Origin: Marsupella aquatica
Taxonomy: Eukaryota > Plantae > Marchantiophyta
Assembly (NCBI GenBank): GCA_973895155.1
Contig: OZ316898.1
Location: 17,970,752 to 18,034,751, forward strand
Direction of reading: 5' to 3'
Length of the DNA: 64,000 nt
This document shows, piece by piece, positions 46,620 through 60,899 of the stretch (positions are counted from its first letter, which is position 1; the number at the start of each line of letters is the position of its first letter). The position numbers were made by a program, and so were the translations under genes. The notes below the pieces were generated by a model. That model was not told the origin of the DNA. It saw only the letters and a program-made list of their open reading frames with translations, and ran no database searches.

Positions 46620-48808
46620 ATGAAGTCGAGGCACCCCTGCTGGGCCCTCCCCTGGTCTCCCTGGTCCCCCTGCTGGCCTCTCGGGGGTTTCACTTCCACA
46701 AAAATGACATATCACGTGCGACGAAGGATAGGGTCATTTTATTGGTTGTAAGGGAAGACTTAAGAATTTTTGTAGAAGAACAATAGAGTCTTTTAAATTC
46801 AATTTTGAGACTTATAAGAACCTTAGGGCCTTTTTTATCCAATTTTTGGAATATTCCAACTTTATAGGGGTTAAAAAATAGCATTTTTTTCTTACATTTT
46901 AGGGGGTCCAAGGCCTAAAAACGTTGCAGGTGATGGGGAGATCCCCATGTAGTGAGACCCCCGAGGCTGGCCTAGACCCGGCCTCAAAGTCCTTCAAACG
47001 ACTCAGAACCGATGCTGCCGCAAGGTTAAGTAGAGTTGCTACGAACTCCTTAAACGAAGAGCTAAGAACGCTCCCTTGGTATCCCGAATGAAGTGCCTAG
47101 CAAACAGCAGGTCGTGAGTTCAAGCCCAGCTGCCGACAGCCAACTACTAGGTAAATTTTGGCAAAGACCACCCCCTTTCCTCCTTTCGTGAAGACTACTC
47201 GCGAAATGCAATTTTTTTCCTCCTCCCTTCACAAGTCGCGAGCAGCGGCGAAGTGCTGTTGCTTCATGCTCTCCCTAGCAGCTACTCCATAGCTCATAAA
47301 TCAGCAAGCTCACCTCCGTAACATTGACTTTTATCAGCCTAGCTCCCAAGCTCTACTTCTCCATAGCTACTCAGCAGCACGAAGCTGCTCCAGTAGCTTA
47401 TTGAGAAGCTCGCAGCAGTATGCTCTATCCACAATTCTCAGCATAGAAGCAACGTAGCTTCTCTTATTCAGCAACAACCTTACTTAGCCAGCTCTATTTG
47501 ATTTCCTTCAACAGCACTAAGCTGCAACGAGTCAGCTTTATCCCGCAGTGTAGCTTTTCAGCCAATCTTAGTTGCAGCATCGGCTCTCCATAGCTTAGCA
47601 ACAAAGAGCTCAGCAGTAATTTCTTGATTAGAGCTTCTTCTATCAGAGATTCGACTGATCAGCAGCATGAAGGTCCAGCATCGAGCTTCTCATAGCACTA
47701 AACTATCCTCAGCATCAGGGCAGCATTCAATCTTCCAATAGCTTCGAGCCAGCAGTAAGGTTGCTTCCAGTCCGCAACAGCAAGTCCAGGACAGCAGCTT
47801 CAAGTTCAAGTAGCAGCGAGTAGCAGGATCAAATTTTCTTCAGCAGCATCAAGCTTTAGTGAAGTAGGACCAGGACTTCTCAATAGCGCAGCAGCCATAA
47901 CGAGTTCAATGGCAGCACAACACCACTCTCTTCAGCAGCGAGTTCCCCAGCAGCGGACTCCAACAATACAAAGCTTCAGGCAATTACCAACAATTTCCCC
48001 ATTAGCAACCAAGCTTCAATTGCAGCGGCACAAAATTGAATCTTTTGCCACCACTAGATTGCCCAGGGGATGAGATTTTCTTATCCCAAAAGTTCCTTCC
48101 AATACCACAGAGTTTCTCCCAGGATCTCAATTCAATTCATGCCTTACCTTCAGGCAATTTATGTGGTTCCTCCGCTTCTCCCGAGTCAATTCACATTGTC
48201 CTTATACTAGAAGGACGTTCGTTTCCCTTAATTACACCCTTGAATTTCTGCCTGATTGTTGCTGCTCCTTCCTTGGCTTCTACGTAGATTTTCCCTGCAT
48301 TTTGTATCCTTATGAGAAGGACTCCCATGATGACACCTGGCTCCTAGACAAACTCCCGTAGCACTACTTGCTTTGTACTCAGAACTCGCCCCTACTTCTA
48401 TGGTATCCCGTCTTAAGTGTATTTATAACAAAGCTCCAGTTTCATAAATCTCCAACATTGTGCCCTGCCCTCCGTTTTGTCTGAAATTTTGCCAGTGTGT
48501 CCCTTGAACCTAAGACTATCTACTTACTGGATTTCCAGGTCTAACTCTATTTGGAGACTTTTCTATAATTCTGCAGAGTAGACCATTTGTTACTTTCTAC
48601 TTTTACTTCTTGAGATTTCCTACCTATCCTAATTCAACTAGACTTTAACTAAGACCTTCCTAACTATCCCTACTTAATCTCCTTGACCCATTGTGCATCA
48701 GTTTACTTACTTTAACCTTACGTCTACTTCAAACTGGGGTTACTTCTAACTAGAGTTAGTCCATTTTTAACTTTAGTTAAAACTACTACCTAATTTGGCA
48801 TCCGACAA
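46620..48808 (-). mobile_element. Possible LTR-derived segment (AGC/CAG-rich); left boundary uncertain
   Basis: Right end ...GGCATCCGACAA resembles the end at 46535; minus-strand TATAAATA at about 48427-48420. No matching TSD found. Confidence 0.35.
46680..46965. mobile_element. Intact MITE of the CTC..GGGTTTCACT family
   Basis: TIRs CTCGGGGGTTTCACT / AGTGAGACCCCCGAG; 8-bp TSD GCTGGCCT. Confidence 0.88.
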
Positions 48809-51800
48809 TCTTTCTTCAATTTCTTTTTCATTCAATAGAATATTTGGAAGTTCTGAAACGTATAATAGCCTCCCCTTGAGAGTTAGGCCACTAGAAATGA
48901 AATACGAAGGGCCTTTCATGAAGGAGCAAAGTTGATTGAATTCTCGTTGTTCCTAAGCAAACCTTGTCCACCGCTTCCTCTTCCAAAAATAATGTTTGAG
49001 CTGCAAATGACCCCTAGTTTTGAATCTTGCCAAAACAAGCATTCATTTCATTAAAAGTATTTGTTCATTGATGAACTTGACAGATTTGGTTGATTTCTAG
49101 TGGCCCCATCATCTAGCTTGTATTTTGTTTCTCTTCTTGAAAATTGACATTGCAAGAGTACTCGCGGGGCAACATCGTATTACCTTTTGTGGTTGCTCCT
49201 CCCCTCAAGAACTTCACGTCTTCATCCGGTTCCCAAGTAGAGTCAGTGGAAAACGTTTTTCCCCATTGTGTCAGAATAAGATCTTTTATTTTGTCAAATG
49301 CAACTTTGTAAATTGGTGACAAAAGGTAAAAAAATTTATCATTTCAATAATTAAAAGGGATCTGAGAATGCAAATTGGCACATTCTTATCATATAGTTTT
49401 TTAATTTAGGGTGATATCAGGTTGGGGCTGATAGGACTCTCAAATGATCTTCCATAAGCTTTCATAATTAAAAGCTTTGTCGTTGTCTAAGATGAAGTGC
49501 AGACAATGTGATGTCTCGGAGGGCTGGTACTCTAAGATGTTCCACTTACTTGAAAGTGAAGGACTACTCCTAATGGCTTGGTTAAAACTTCTACCCCTAT
49601 GTGGCGCTCTTGACAGGTTAGTTTTCAATAAATTTACTAATTGTAATTGGTGGTGACACATCTTGAATACACATTTTGCTAGTAACTCAGATCAATCCAG
49701 GTACAACAGTTGGACCATCCAGAAAAGAAATTTCCTCAAAAATGTCACTTGAATAATCATTTGATTAATAAATGTTGCCATGACTTCTAATGTGCCAAAA
49801 AAAACACAATTTAAAAAACCTCATAAAACATGAAGCTTACCTAAACATAAACAAAACGTGACATGAAGATAAGGGATATTTATAATCAAGGGGTCAATTT
49901 TCTGAAATATCCCAAAACTATTCATGAAAAAATTGAGAATAAGAGTCATAATAACATCATTTTTTATTTAAAAAACCAAAAAGCACACTAGAAATGATCA
50001 TTCCCTCCAAAAATTGTCTCTTATCACACCTCAATATGTACAAGACCTCATTATCTCATGAATATATAAATACCAAACTCTCATAAATATTATTTTACTT
50101 TTTGTGAGCTTCACTTTTTGTTGCTTGTGCAAAACAACCCTCCTCTCATTTGGCATTGTTTTAGGGTTCATGGCCAAATTTGCTTTTGCGAGAGGAGTGA
50201 GGGGGGTTCATGAATTCATGATTTCTTCTCCTTGGTTTTGAAGGGACACGCCCATTCATGCCTTTTCACCTCATTTTGAGCTACTTGTTGTGGCTGTGCA
50301 ATCAAATTTGAGTTACAAAAAATGTGTCATTTTCTACCATTTCTAAGCACCTTGTTGTGGCCATAAGGACACGAAAAAGTCTTCATGTATTCACGCAGCC
50401 TTCTCCCTGCACCAAGAAGTTGAACTTCATTTATTCCCTTTTCTTGGCATTGCACTGTACAATTTCTTCAAAGAAATGCCAAGGACTCAAGAAGCACAAT
50501 AGCTGGGGGCCCACTTGCCATTTGTTGCTGAAGAAATGTGTTGGAATTTCTCTACCTATGCGCCTCCGTAGTTGCTAATCTTGGGCTTGAAACGACCGCA
50601 TCGCTTAAAGCTTTTATCGAAACATATTACTTTCCAATCACCTCACCAATTGCTGCATCCACAAGGTCAAGAAATCATCCACTGCCCTTCCTCTACACCA
50701 AAGCTCAAGGAATTCAAGAAAACTTCACATCAACCATACAAAGTCATCTCTAACTCATTTCAAGAGTTTCATGGACCACCAAATGACAAACTTTCTTTTG
50801 CCTGCAATTTCATGTCACTCACTGAACTATGTCTCCGCTGCAAAACACACACCTCAATCCCTACATTCAACAATCTATCAATCCAAGAACTATAAAAACC
50901 CATCAAATCAAGAAATCAACAATTTTTTTAATTTCTAAGCGCTTAGAGCGGATCTCCATGCACGTACGGGCAGGGAGTGCCCCGGTGCACAGAATGCCCA
51001 GGGATGTCGGGCCGCCTGCCACGCAGGGGCCGTACTGAGGAGCGCCCGGGAGGGGAGTGCGGGGAGTTGGGGAGGAGGGGGAGCCCACCTGCTCCTCGCG
51101 GAGTGCCCTCGCCCTTTGTAGGCTACGGGCTACCGGGGGTGGCCACAGCCGCGAAACCGCCAGTGGGCGGTCATATTACCTTGCCGACCCGATGCGCAGC
51201 TCATGGCCTGGCTGCGAGTGCAACGGCCCGGCTGTTGCCCAAGTTGAGTCTCGCGAGTCTGCAACCTTGGCTTTCCGTTTGGCGCAAAAAATTGCACATT
51301 ATCTCCCGCCATAGCTTTTTCGACCTTCGACCTTGTTCCGCTGCTTCCACCGAAGGTATTGATGTTGCTGCTGCTGCCATAGCTATTTCTGCTCCTGTTG
51401 CGATAGCTTGTCCACGCCTTGAAATAAAGCATTCCTTTCATTTGATTCATAGATTGTGGATTCAACCGGAGCTCTGCTTTTGCTTGTGCTTGGACCGATG
51501 CTCTTGCTTGTGGGCCTGATTAGCACGACTGATCCATCAACGCTTTGTCAAGTGGACTTCAATGTATGCTCTTGCAAACCTTGAATGTGGATGGACCATT
51601 GTGAATACTTGTGAATCCAAATGTTTTCAATCTGCAGTGTTCAGAACCCTGTCGAATTGCAATGTGCGTGGCTGTTCCTCTATAGAAAATCAATGGTACT
51701 ACTCTGATATTGCAAAGAGCTTGTACAGACTGCTAGTAATAAATAATTCTACTAGTAAAGACTATATTGAAGCATTCAATTCCCTTTTGTTAAATCATCC

Positions 51801-51876
51801 CATGCAGAACAGAGAACATAAATTTTAAAACACTTGAATTGAAGTAAATATATGTAGTGTTTGGCTGAGTTTGCAG

Positions 51877-52923
51877 ATGGGAGAGGACAGACGAGCTTCT
51901 GCTCAATGGGACACAAGAGAACTTCTGGTGCTGGTAGATAGCAAGAAATACCAGCAAGATCAAGCTCAATTGGATTCATCTAGAGAACGAATTCAATTCG
52001 GACAGCTGAGCAAAGGTGGAAGGACATTGAAGACATGTGCAAGACCAACAATGTTCACAGGGGCTGGAAGCAGTGCAAGAAAAGGTGGGAGAAATTACTG
52101 ACCAATTTCAAGAAGATTTTTGATTTCCAGGCCCACACTCCATCTGGTGGTGATGGGTACTTTCAACTGTCTAGATCTGAAAAGAAGGATAGAAGCTTAC
52201 CTGCTACTTTTTAGGAAGAAATTTATGAGGCTATGGTGGTGTTTGTCCCTGCCAATAGAGCAGTCAATCCAAACCCTAATCAGTATGTGGATAGCACAGC
52301 ATGAAGAAGCTATTAGACGATCCATGGACCCAACACCAGACACAAATCCTGAATCCCAACCATGGTCCACTACCAATTCAGACTTTGGTGGAGGTGACAC
52401 AAATAGCCAGAGCCTTACTGTTGCATATGAGGACCTAGATTCAGATGTAGATCCTCTGGATACTTCATATGTACCACCATCGAGCACCCGTGATACACCA
52501 ACTCCTGCTTATGAGACTGGTCACATGGGCAGGGACCGGTCCACACCCTCTCAACCAACCAGCTCCCCCAATCCAAGCCCCATGGGGAGAAGCCCAGCCT
52601 CTGTCACTGGACAAGGAGATGTTGATCCATCGACCACTCGGGGCTGGAAAAGAAAGAAGGCATTTGAGCGGACTCGAGATGAGATGCACAAAGTCACTGA
52701 GCATTTTGTCAAAGCAATTGCAGAGGATCGTATGGCAAGAAGAGAGGAGCACAATGAGCTGCTGTCATTTAACAACAAGAGACACATGGATACCTTATCA
52801 GCCCAAGCTGAAGTGACTCGCTCTGCCCGGCAAACAGGGATAGATGTTGCCAATGCTCTGTCATTCATTGCAGATTCTGTTCGGTACCTTGCTGATGGAT
52901 TGAGGCAGTCGACAGAGACTTGA
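51877..52923 (+). pseudogene. Harbinger Myb/SANT (trihelix) DNA-binding protein, frameshifted
   Basis: QWDTRELLVLV...EQRWKDIEDMCK...GWKQCKKRWEKLLTNFKKIFDF..YFQLS..LP, followed by an S/T/P-rich region, RKRKK-like basic motif (WKRKK) and C-terminal helix. Confidence 0.85.
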
Positions 52924-53337
52924 CTAGTTTTTTTTCTTGTTTGTGTACTGCCATTGACTGATGTGTGTACAAAGAAGTGAGAAATATAAGCTAGAAAATT
53001 CTGAAACAGATCATGGATAGAAGCAGTGTTTGATTAGCACCATTTTCGCACTTGCAGAAGATATTTTGACATTTTGTAACCTTCAACTATTGTATGTACA
53101 ATTTTCTTTAGATTAATACTGTGAGCTATTGCAGAAACATTTCATTTGTACAAGCTTCTCTGCATGTTATTTAGTTGTGATATTGTGACGTTCAAAGTAA
53201 AGTAGAACTCAAATCAAATCAAATGAATTGTGCTGGAGGCTTTTTGAAAAACAGAAGCATGGTATTATAAAATAGATTGGATTACAATGGCTTCAAAATT
53301 GAAGAAAATTGCTCATCAAACAATTGAACAGGCTTCA

Positions 53338-54802
53338 CTATCCTACGTGGTCCAATAAAGCCATTCTTGCTTCAGGCCCCCCTCTATAGACTCTTCGGTT
53401 AGGACACAACACTCCTACATAGCCTGGTGGGTGAGGTGGATAGTGCTGCCAAACAACATTTGGCAGCCCATCATTCCTATCTATAATGAGGTTATGAAGA
53501 ACACAACATGAAAAGATCATTGGCCCAAGTCGTTCAATTCGAGGCTTCCACAATACCCTGCTCAGAATTCTCCATGTTCCTTTCAACCTTCCGAAAGCTC
53601 CCTCCACACACATTCTACTACTGGACAACTTGAAATTAAAATCATCAGTATGCTGAGACACACCTCTAGCGAAAGGAACAATAAGCCAAGGGAGTAAAGG
53701 GTACCCTGCATCCCCAATGATGTACTCTTGCAACATCCTGCCATCCTGACAGCGAAATAGAGGCCCAGCCAATCGAGTGTGGTATTGTGTGACTTGGTAA
53801 TAAAATCGGGACATCCTCATTAATCTGGTATCCTGAATCCTTCCCGGCAGTCCACCACATACATCCAAAAACCTCAATCTCTGATCACAAATTGCTTGCA
53901 TGGAGACTGAGAGCTTGTGTTTCCAGTCATAGTATTGAGTGGAGTCCTCGCCAAATGGTAACTCTATAGGGAAGTGAGTGCAGTCAATAGCTCCACAACA
54001 ATTAGGAATACCCCATCTATCCTGAAATCCCTATTTAACTTCAAGAAGACCTGCTTTGTCTGGCCATCAAATGACATGTGCAGCCCTCCTCCGTAGAGAG
54101 GAAATAAATTTCCAAGTAACCTTCACAGCAGAACTCTTCGAAAATCCAAACAATTCACCTAGAGTCAAAAAAGTATCACCGGTCGCTAGACGTCTCAATG
54201 CAAGAGCCACCTGTCTCATTACCAAAAGCTGTCGATTGGGCAAGATTCAAAGTGAAACAGGAGGGTCTGTGATCATATCATCATGCAGCATCTCACATAA
54301 GTAAAAAAACAGAGAGGGGCTAATTCTGAAAAACTCTTGAAATCGGTGTGGATCCTCCCAAGGTGTCTCATCAATCCAGATTATTAATCTCTGTCAAGAC
54401 CTTGGTTTGATGTACCACTGATCAACAACTTGTCTCGGCCGAATATGGACTAACCCAAGTGCTTGCAAAAAGCATGGCACTATGTGAGAAAATAACAGGG
54501 CTCTACAAAACATTGCTTGGGTGATTGGACAATGGTCACTAGACTCAAGTAAATAAGAGGATCCCCTGTCAAAGTAAGGCATCATTAGTTGCACAACAGT
54601 GGCAATTGAGGCCATCAAAGAAGCAAGTGTTCTAAGTATTGAGTGGAATGAATGTGACACTGAAGTAGATTGGAATCTTCGTGGAGGGGGTCTGGTCTAT
54701 GCAACAACAATGGGGATAGACTGATTAAGATCAGAGAGGTCTGAAAGCTCATACACATCTGCCATGGGATTTCTTCTATGACAGCGGATGCCTGCAATGC
54801 TC
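53338..54802 (-). pseudogene. HARBI1-like DDE transposase
   Basis: CCGAIDCTH, MQAICD..FLDV..GLPG..QD, IIGDAGYP, RMCVEGAFGRLKGTWRIL, CCVLHN. Frameshifts and stops in the 5' half. Confidence 0.92.
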
Positions 54803-55419
54803 CTGAAATTAACAAGAAACTCTAAGAACGGGATTCCAAGCTTGAAAACTCACAAGGACAATCAAAACACAGGGCAAATATGAAATGCAAATGACGTTAT
54901 GGAATTGCACTACTCAAACTGATTCATTACCACATTTTGCAGATTAATTACATAGGCCTGCATGCATTGAATATAGTATTGAAATATCAATTTAAGTGAT
55001 AAGGAATTTACGCACCTGATCCGGGAGTCTCGACTGTGGTACAGAATCAGATTTTCACTCGAACAGTGTAGCTGAGAAAGTGAACATGGACTCCAAGCCT
55101 CCCATGAGTGTCGATTGCATGTGGAGCCCCCTATCCCAAGAGTCAAACAATGATCTTCTCTCTTGTATTGCTATTCTACGAATGTGCTGGGCAAATTTTC
55201 CAATTGAAAATGACTCTTCGGTTAGGTATGGCAGCGCAGCAGAACTCTAGATTAATGGCCGGATGGTTTGCAATGAAGCCGCGCTGTAGGAATGGCTTTG
55301 CGAGAAGATGCGGAGCTACGCTATTGAGGCGTTTGGTATCACGGACCTATGGTGGAAGCTCAATGTCGAGCTCAAAAGCTTGTGAGCTTGCTGTAGCTAT
55401 GGCGTCGGCATTTCACTTG

Positions 55420-55497
55420 GGCTTGGGGCTGGGCTCGTGTCTCATAGTCGGGCTTGGGGCTGGGCTCATGTCTCGTAGTCGGGCTTGGGGCTGGGGG
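55420..55497. repeat. 31-bp subterminal tandem repeat inside the Harbinger element
   Basis: GGCTTGGGGCTGGGCTCRTGTCTCRTAGTCG, about 2.5 copies. Confidence 0.85.
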
Positions 55498-56039
55498 GCT
55501 GGCTGAACATTTTTGGAATGCATCCGGGGTGGAAACCGGCAGCCTACGGTCACAATGTGCTGCCAGGTACCCCCTCACAGTCACCCCATGCGACTGTGGC
55601 CTGGGTACTCAGATTGCCTCCCAAGTTATGGGAGAGGGGGGGGTGGGCGGACGGGGACTCCCTTCCGTACGGTCATGGAACCTTGGTCTTAGGCTTCTTG
55701 AGCATGTCCCTCTTCCTTCCACAAACAAAGACCCCTGGAAGACTCAATCTAGTTGGTCACCACCTTGTTGAAATTGCTCTATATAACTAGTCACCACCCA
55801 AACTTTGCTATGATACCAATTGTTGGAAAAATCGACACGACACTTGAACCAAGAGCAAAACCAACAAGCATATGCGCAAGAATATATTCAATCAACTTTA
55901 ACGAACTCAAGCAAAATTCTATCAAATTTGAAAATAAATGATTTCTTTAGGCAAATGATCTGTTGATCGAGATGTTTCTCAAATAATACTATAAATACTT
56001 AATAGACAAATATGTATGATAATGATTAGTACTCATAAC

Positions 56040-58270
56040 ATTGAGCAATGATATTATTTAATATAGGATGAATGATCAGGTTTGAATGTAGATAGTTGAC
56101 TCCAAAGCCATGTACAACCACCAGTTTGGGAGGGATTTCCAATCTCCTCAGCCTCTGGCACCATAGACCAAAAAAGATAAGTCTTAGTTGTTGCACACAG
56201 GTCAAAGCCTAGCAAACAAGTTAAGAAATATGATGCTTTACTTGTAGCACAACTTAAGCAATTATGGACTTGGATTGCTTGAATGTAACTTGTAGGTGAT
56301 GAACCACATGATTTGAGGTAGCGCTATTTGATCTAGATTCTCAACATTGGCCTATAGAGAATCTTCTATAAAGTGACCAATATATAGCCCAGATATGTCT
56401 TGAAGCTAGTTTCTCTTAATCTTGGTCACACTTACCTACCACTAATTGTCATTGGGGTCTTACAATCAAACTAACCATTAAGGGCATGGAGGACCGTATT
56501 CATAAATATAAAGCACTCATAGTGACTAAGGTCTAGGCTTTACACACATTCTCTGTATTCATTGTACTAATACTATCTCCCCCACAATCAAAATTTTCTC
56601 ATTCATTGTGAATTGTTCAAGATGAATTCACTAGGTGACATTGCCTTCGTACTATAACATTGAATTACATCAATTTGATATTGTTGAATTTTTCATGTAT
56701 TTTTGAATGAAAAAATTACATGTTCATACTTGAAAACATGAAATTTCTAGTTTTAATAGGTGACAAACACAAATCTCCAGTCTGAATGAAATAACAGAGT
56801 TTGGAGATAATATTGAAACTATACAAAAATTCTATATTGTGTAAACTAAGTCAAGGATTCTGATCACAAAAAATCCAAAATTTATGTGATGTTTGACATT
56901 AATTAATTTGGACAAACAAATAAATTTTATATTGTGTCACATTAAATTTAATCATAAAACAAATTTGACTCACAGTTTATTAAACTACTCAGATTTTCAA
57001 ATATTATTCTTTGTATTTATAAAAGTTTATTGACGTATATATACTGGTGCATTATGTTGAAAGATTGATATTTGAACAATCAACTAATTGATTCAAGTTA
57101 TATTATCATCTACAATGCATGATGTTAGCAATATTGTAACATCCTATTTAGCGCAAATGAGAATCCAATTAAAAATAAGGACAATATTTTAGAGTTGGTC
57201 AGACCTATAAAGATAAATTGTGGATGAATGTGTGTACATAATGAGAGACAAAATGATGATTGCAAGTTATGTTCTCTAAGTGGTGACTATATGTGTATGA
57301 GTAATTCTTAGTAATATATAGATACGGGTATAGATCATATTCAGAAAAAATTTTGTCAAATGACAAAAAAATTAGTGAGATTTATTTTTCATTTTTAAAC
57401 CTTTGAACAGGTTGAGAGCCTCCTTTTAGCCATAGAAAAAAGTTAAAATGCTAGTTATTGTCCAAGCTCTCTTATAATTCCGCAATTTGTAAATACAGTA
57501 CTCAATAGATGTCAAATGTTGGACCTAAACATAATTGACTTGCCATCAAGCATACCTTCCATTCCCTTCAAGATAGTTAATCCTATTAATTTCTTGTAAC
57601 ACATAAAATACTTTGCCTTTTCTTATCTTCAAGATTTTTTGGCTTCAACTTATGGTGACATTGTGGATTTTCACAAATTGACACATAAAATATTTTGCCA
57701 TTTTTTATCTTCAAGATTGTTTGGCTTCAACTTAATTATGGTGACATTGTGGATTTTCACAAATTGACACATAAAATACTTTGCCCTTTCTTATCTTCAA
57801 GATTGTTTGGCTTCAACTTATGGTGACATTGTAGATTTTCACAAATTGACTTACTAAATGTGTGTCCGCTTGACTGGTGGTGTCATTTGCTGAACTATAT
57901 AGGAAAAAACAACGCTTCAACATAGGTTTAAATCTAAATATATGACTTGTGTTTAACTTTCAATACTGAAGCTATTTGGTTGAGTCTATTGTTATGTACA
58001 CAATAATAGTTTTCTCAACCATCACAAAAGATTTTTTGATAACAAGTCTAGAGTATGATATCTAGACTATTCTCTACTACAAGGCATCATGATCAAACTA
58101 AACATATTGACATACAATATCATTTCATTAAAGATGAAGTGATCAAGAGTAAGTGGTGAAATCAAAATTGATCGTCTATCAACTGAACACAATTAATGTT
58201 GCAAATATCATCATCAACTTAAAAGACTTTATTTGAAATGCTTTCTAGTCTTGATTGGGATGCTAATTGA
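56040..58270 (+). pseudogene. Very decayed copia RT/RNase H remnants
   Basis: KHIDIQYHFIKDEV at about 58100-58142, TGGVIC at about 57875 and weaker RT-like traces upstream. Confidence 0.5.
57599..57850. repeat. Triple tandem repeat, unit about 82-86 bp
   Basis: ACACATAAAATA..TATCTTCAAGATT..TGGCTTCAACTTA..TGGTGACATTGT.GATTTTCACAAATTG three times. Confidence 0.92.
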
Positions 58271-60899
58271 TGAGAAATCATCAATTGGGAAGGAAAATTA
58301 GACTACTCTTAGGCCTTACACAAATATTTTTATACCTATCTAATCTCTCAACCAGACCAAAAATTTTCATACTTTTATAGATTCATTTGGTTTTTGCGTT
58401 TGAACTCACCTTTAGTTTACATGAATGATGCTATTCCAAAAGACCATGCTAGTTACTATGTCAGTAAACAAATATTGTTGATAAAAGTATTCAATCACGC
58501 ACAAGCAAATTGAATCAACCAAATTATCAAAATAAATCAACAAACCCAGGGAAGGACAAATATGATCATGAATCTTAAAGACATGACTTGATTGAAAAGT
58601 GGAGGATTTTTGACAAGATGAAGTTTTACCTTATTTTCCTAGTGTTTTTCTAAACTTTGTTAAGTAAAAAGGAAAGGTCATTTTGGATGTAATTAGTATT
58701 ATTTAGTGGAATTTTAAAAGATGAGTGATTAGGTATTTAGTTGTCAAATATATTTTTGTGATGGGATTGAAATATTGATTTAGTGAAGGGAAGGAGAGTG
58801 GAGGGAAAAGAAGACGCACAAATGCAAAAATAATTTTACAATGAATATATAGCTGGAGAAGAATGAACTTGTTTTTAGGATGCCTTGGCAAGTCGATTCA
58901 CAACTAGAGATCCGACCGTGAGTTTATCTTAAATTGAATTAAAATCCCAGACCTTCAACTAAAGGAGCTCAATAGTGACAATAGATTAATTTTATAGTTT
59001 CAAAATCTGAAAGTTATATATATAATTAAGTTATACTAATGTTTTCAGAAAGCATGATTTAATTATTTATTCAAAAGATTTTCATATGAATAAAAAAGTT
59101 GAGTACTTGAAAAACTTTTGGATTGCAAGTGGGTAACACCCGCTCTAGAGGAGTGAAATTTTATGTTTTTTCCATTGATTTATTTTTGGTATTTTATCAT
59201 TGGCTTTTATTTCTTTTTGTAAGGACCTCATGAATGTATTTTGCTTCAGTACATGAAAAATATAAGAGAGTTTGCTCTAAAGGATTTGAATTTTATTTTA
59301 TTTTGAGATAGATTTATTTTCAGTTTTTTGTCCTTGTTTTTTTCCATTTAGTAAAGATCTCATGAAACTTTCATTCCAAGAATCCTGACTTGTGGTTGCA
59401 TCACATCATCCATTTTTATCACAAATATTAAAAACAATAATTATTTATAATGACAAACAAAATGACAATCTTTTGTTCTTCGCAATGTAAACAAGAACAG
59501 TTAGACCCAAGAACAATAAAAACTTAATAAAAATAAAAATTATCATAGTAAATAATAAAGAGTGAGGGCAAAAAAATTTACATTTTCACTATTTTATTTA
59601 TTTACATTTTGAATTATTCTTGAGAGCACTTGAATTATTCCTCAGAGAAGCAAGTGCTTACCATTAAAAAACTCACTTTTGGCAAAAAAAAAAAACATGT
59701 TATTTTTCTGATTGGCTCATTGAAGAGTCACATCTCTTTAACTCCCATTGAAGTATTGAGACATAACCAAAAATCACCTTAGCCATTGCAAAACCCTAAA
59801 GTGAGAAGAGTTAAGAGCTAGGATCAAACTCATTTGATTGTTTATTTGTCATAAAAAAAATCAACAACAAATGTTTTTTCTTCACTACCAGTACTAAAAT
59901 CTTAAATTATTATTTTTATTTAGTTTTATTAAAAAAAACAACTAACTCTAGTTAGATGTAATTGATCATTGGCTAATAAAGAAAATAATAAATAATTATG
60001 CTCAATAGTCACACTGTTAAATTCTCAACCCAACAATTGAAATATATTAGATCAAATGTTGATAATTAACAGTGATAATTAAGTGGACTTTAAACAGACG
60101 GTACCTTAAGTTAATCATTTACCTTTCTTTTTGTGTTTTCATGGTATTCTTTATAGATCCACATGATGAGTCCTTTGCAAAATCCTTGGCACATGGATGT
60201 GCCACATTAGTGCAAGAAGGAATGCTAACTTAGGTGCTTGTAGAAATGGTTGACCTTAATTGTTTGTTGGATTATATTGTGATAAATTAATGAGCATATA
60301 CAAGGATAGTTAAGAGAACAATATATATCTTTGACTTACTAGAGGGAAGAATACATCCAAAATTAAGAGAAATATAATTGACTTACTAGAGAGAGCCCTA
60401 CCAATAAGATGAAATTAATCTTTGTTAAATCCTAAATATCTTATTATGATTAAGAAAGAAATTGATAAGCTTTTATCAACTAAATTTATCTATCCAATCA
60501 TCAATAGTGAATGAGTGTTAAATGTTGATAATTGACGGTGATAATTTGCACTTTAGACAGGCAGTACAACATGGTTGGAACAAGTGTTGAAGTGACTGAA
60601 ATTAGCATTTCAGTGAGAGCTTGAAGCAACACCAAAGTTTTGAGCCAAATTAAGATTACTTGGTGAGGAAGTGCAGTATCAAAGCAATCAAAGAAATTGA
60701 TATGCAATGGTTAAGTGTGCAACAGTGGCAGGAGTGTGACTTTTCTCTTCAGCAAGAGGGTAGAACACTTGACTCAGGGAGTACATGTGTAGGTGACGCT
60801 AACTTTTTGCAAGTAAACATTTCAATTTTGCTCAACTTTTAGTGTCACTTGCGTGAAAGACAAGCTTGGTGGTCAGGTTGATGGTACAAGGAGGGAACA

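Larger units (their letters stand above)
50946..55688. mobile_element. Complete PIF/Harbinger DNA transposon with both genes decayed
   Basis: TTA TSD (50943-50945, 55689-55691); imperfect ~35-bp TIRs GAGCGGATCTCCATGCACGTACGGGCAGGGAGTG / reverse complement GACCAAGGTTCCATGACCGTACGGAAGGGAGTC; convergent Myb and transposase genes. Confidence 0.9.

Noticed and set aside
47077-47130. PBS-like TGGTATC and B-box-like GAGTTCAAGCCC
   Set aside because: No adjacent LTR end, no cloverleaf and no convincing A box.
49113-49322. Chromodomain-like 'DSTWEP' peptide or gypsy RT-RNase H linker
   Set aside because: Too short and degenerate to assign; probably retroelement debris.
50977-51519. 180-aa ORF and overlapping ORFs at the left arm of the Harbinger element
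   Set aside because: GC-rich subterminal sequence that is open in several frames by composition; no domain.
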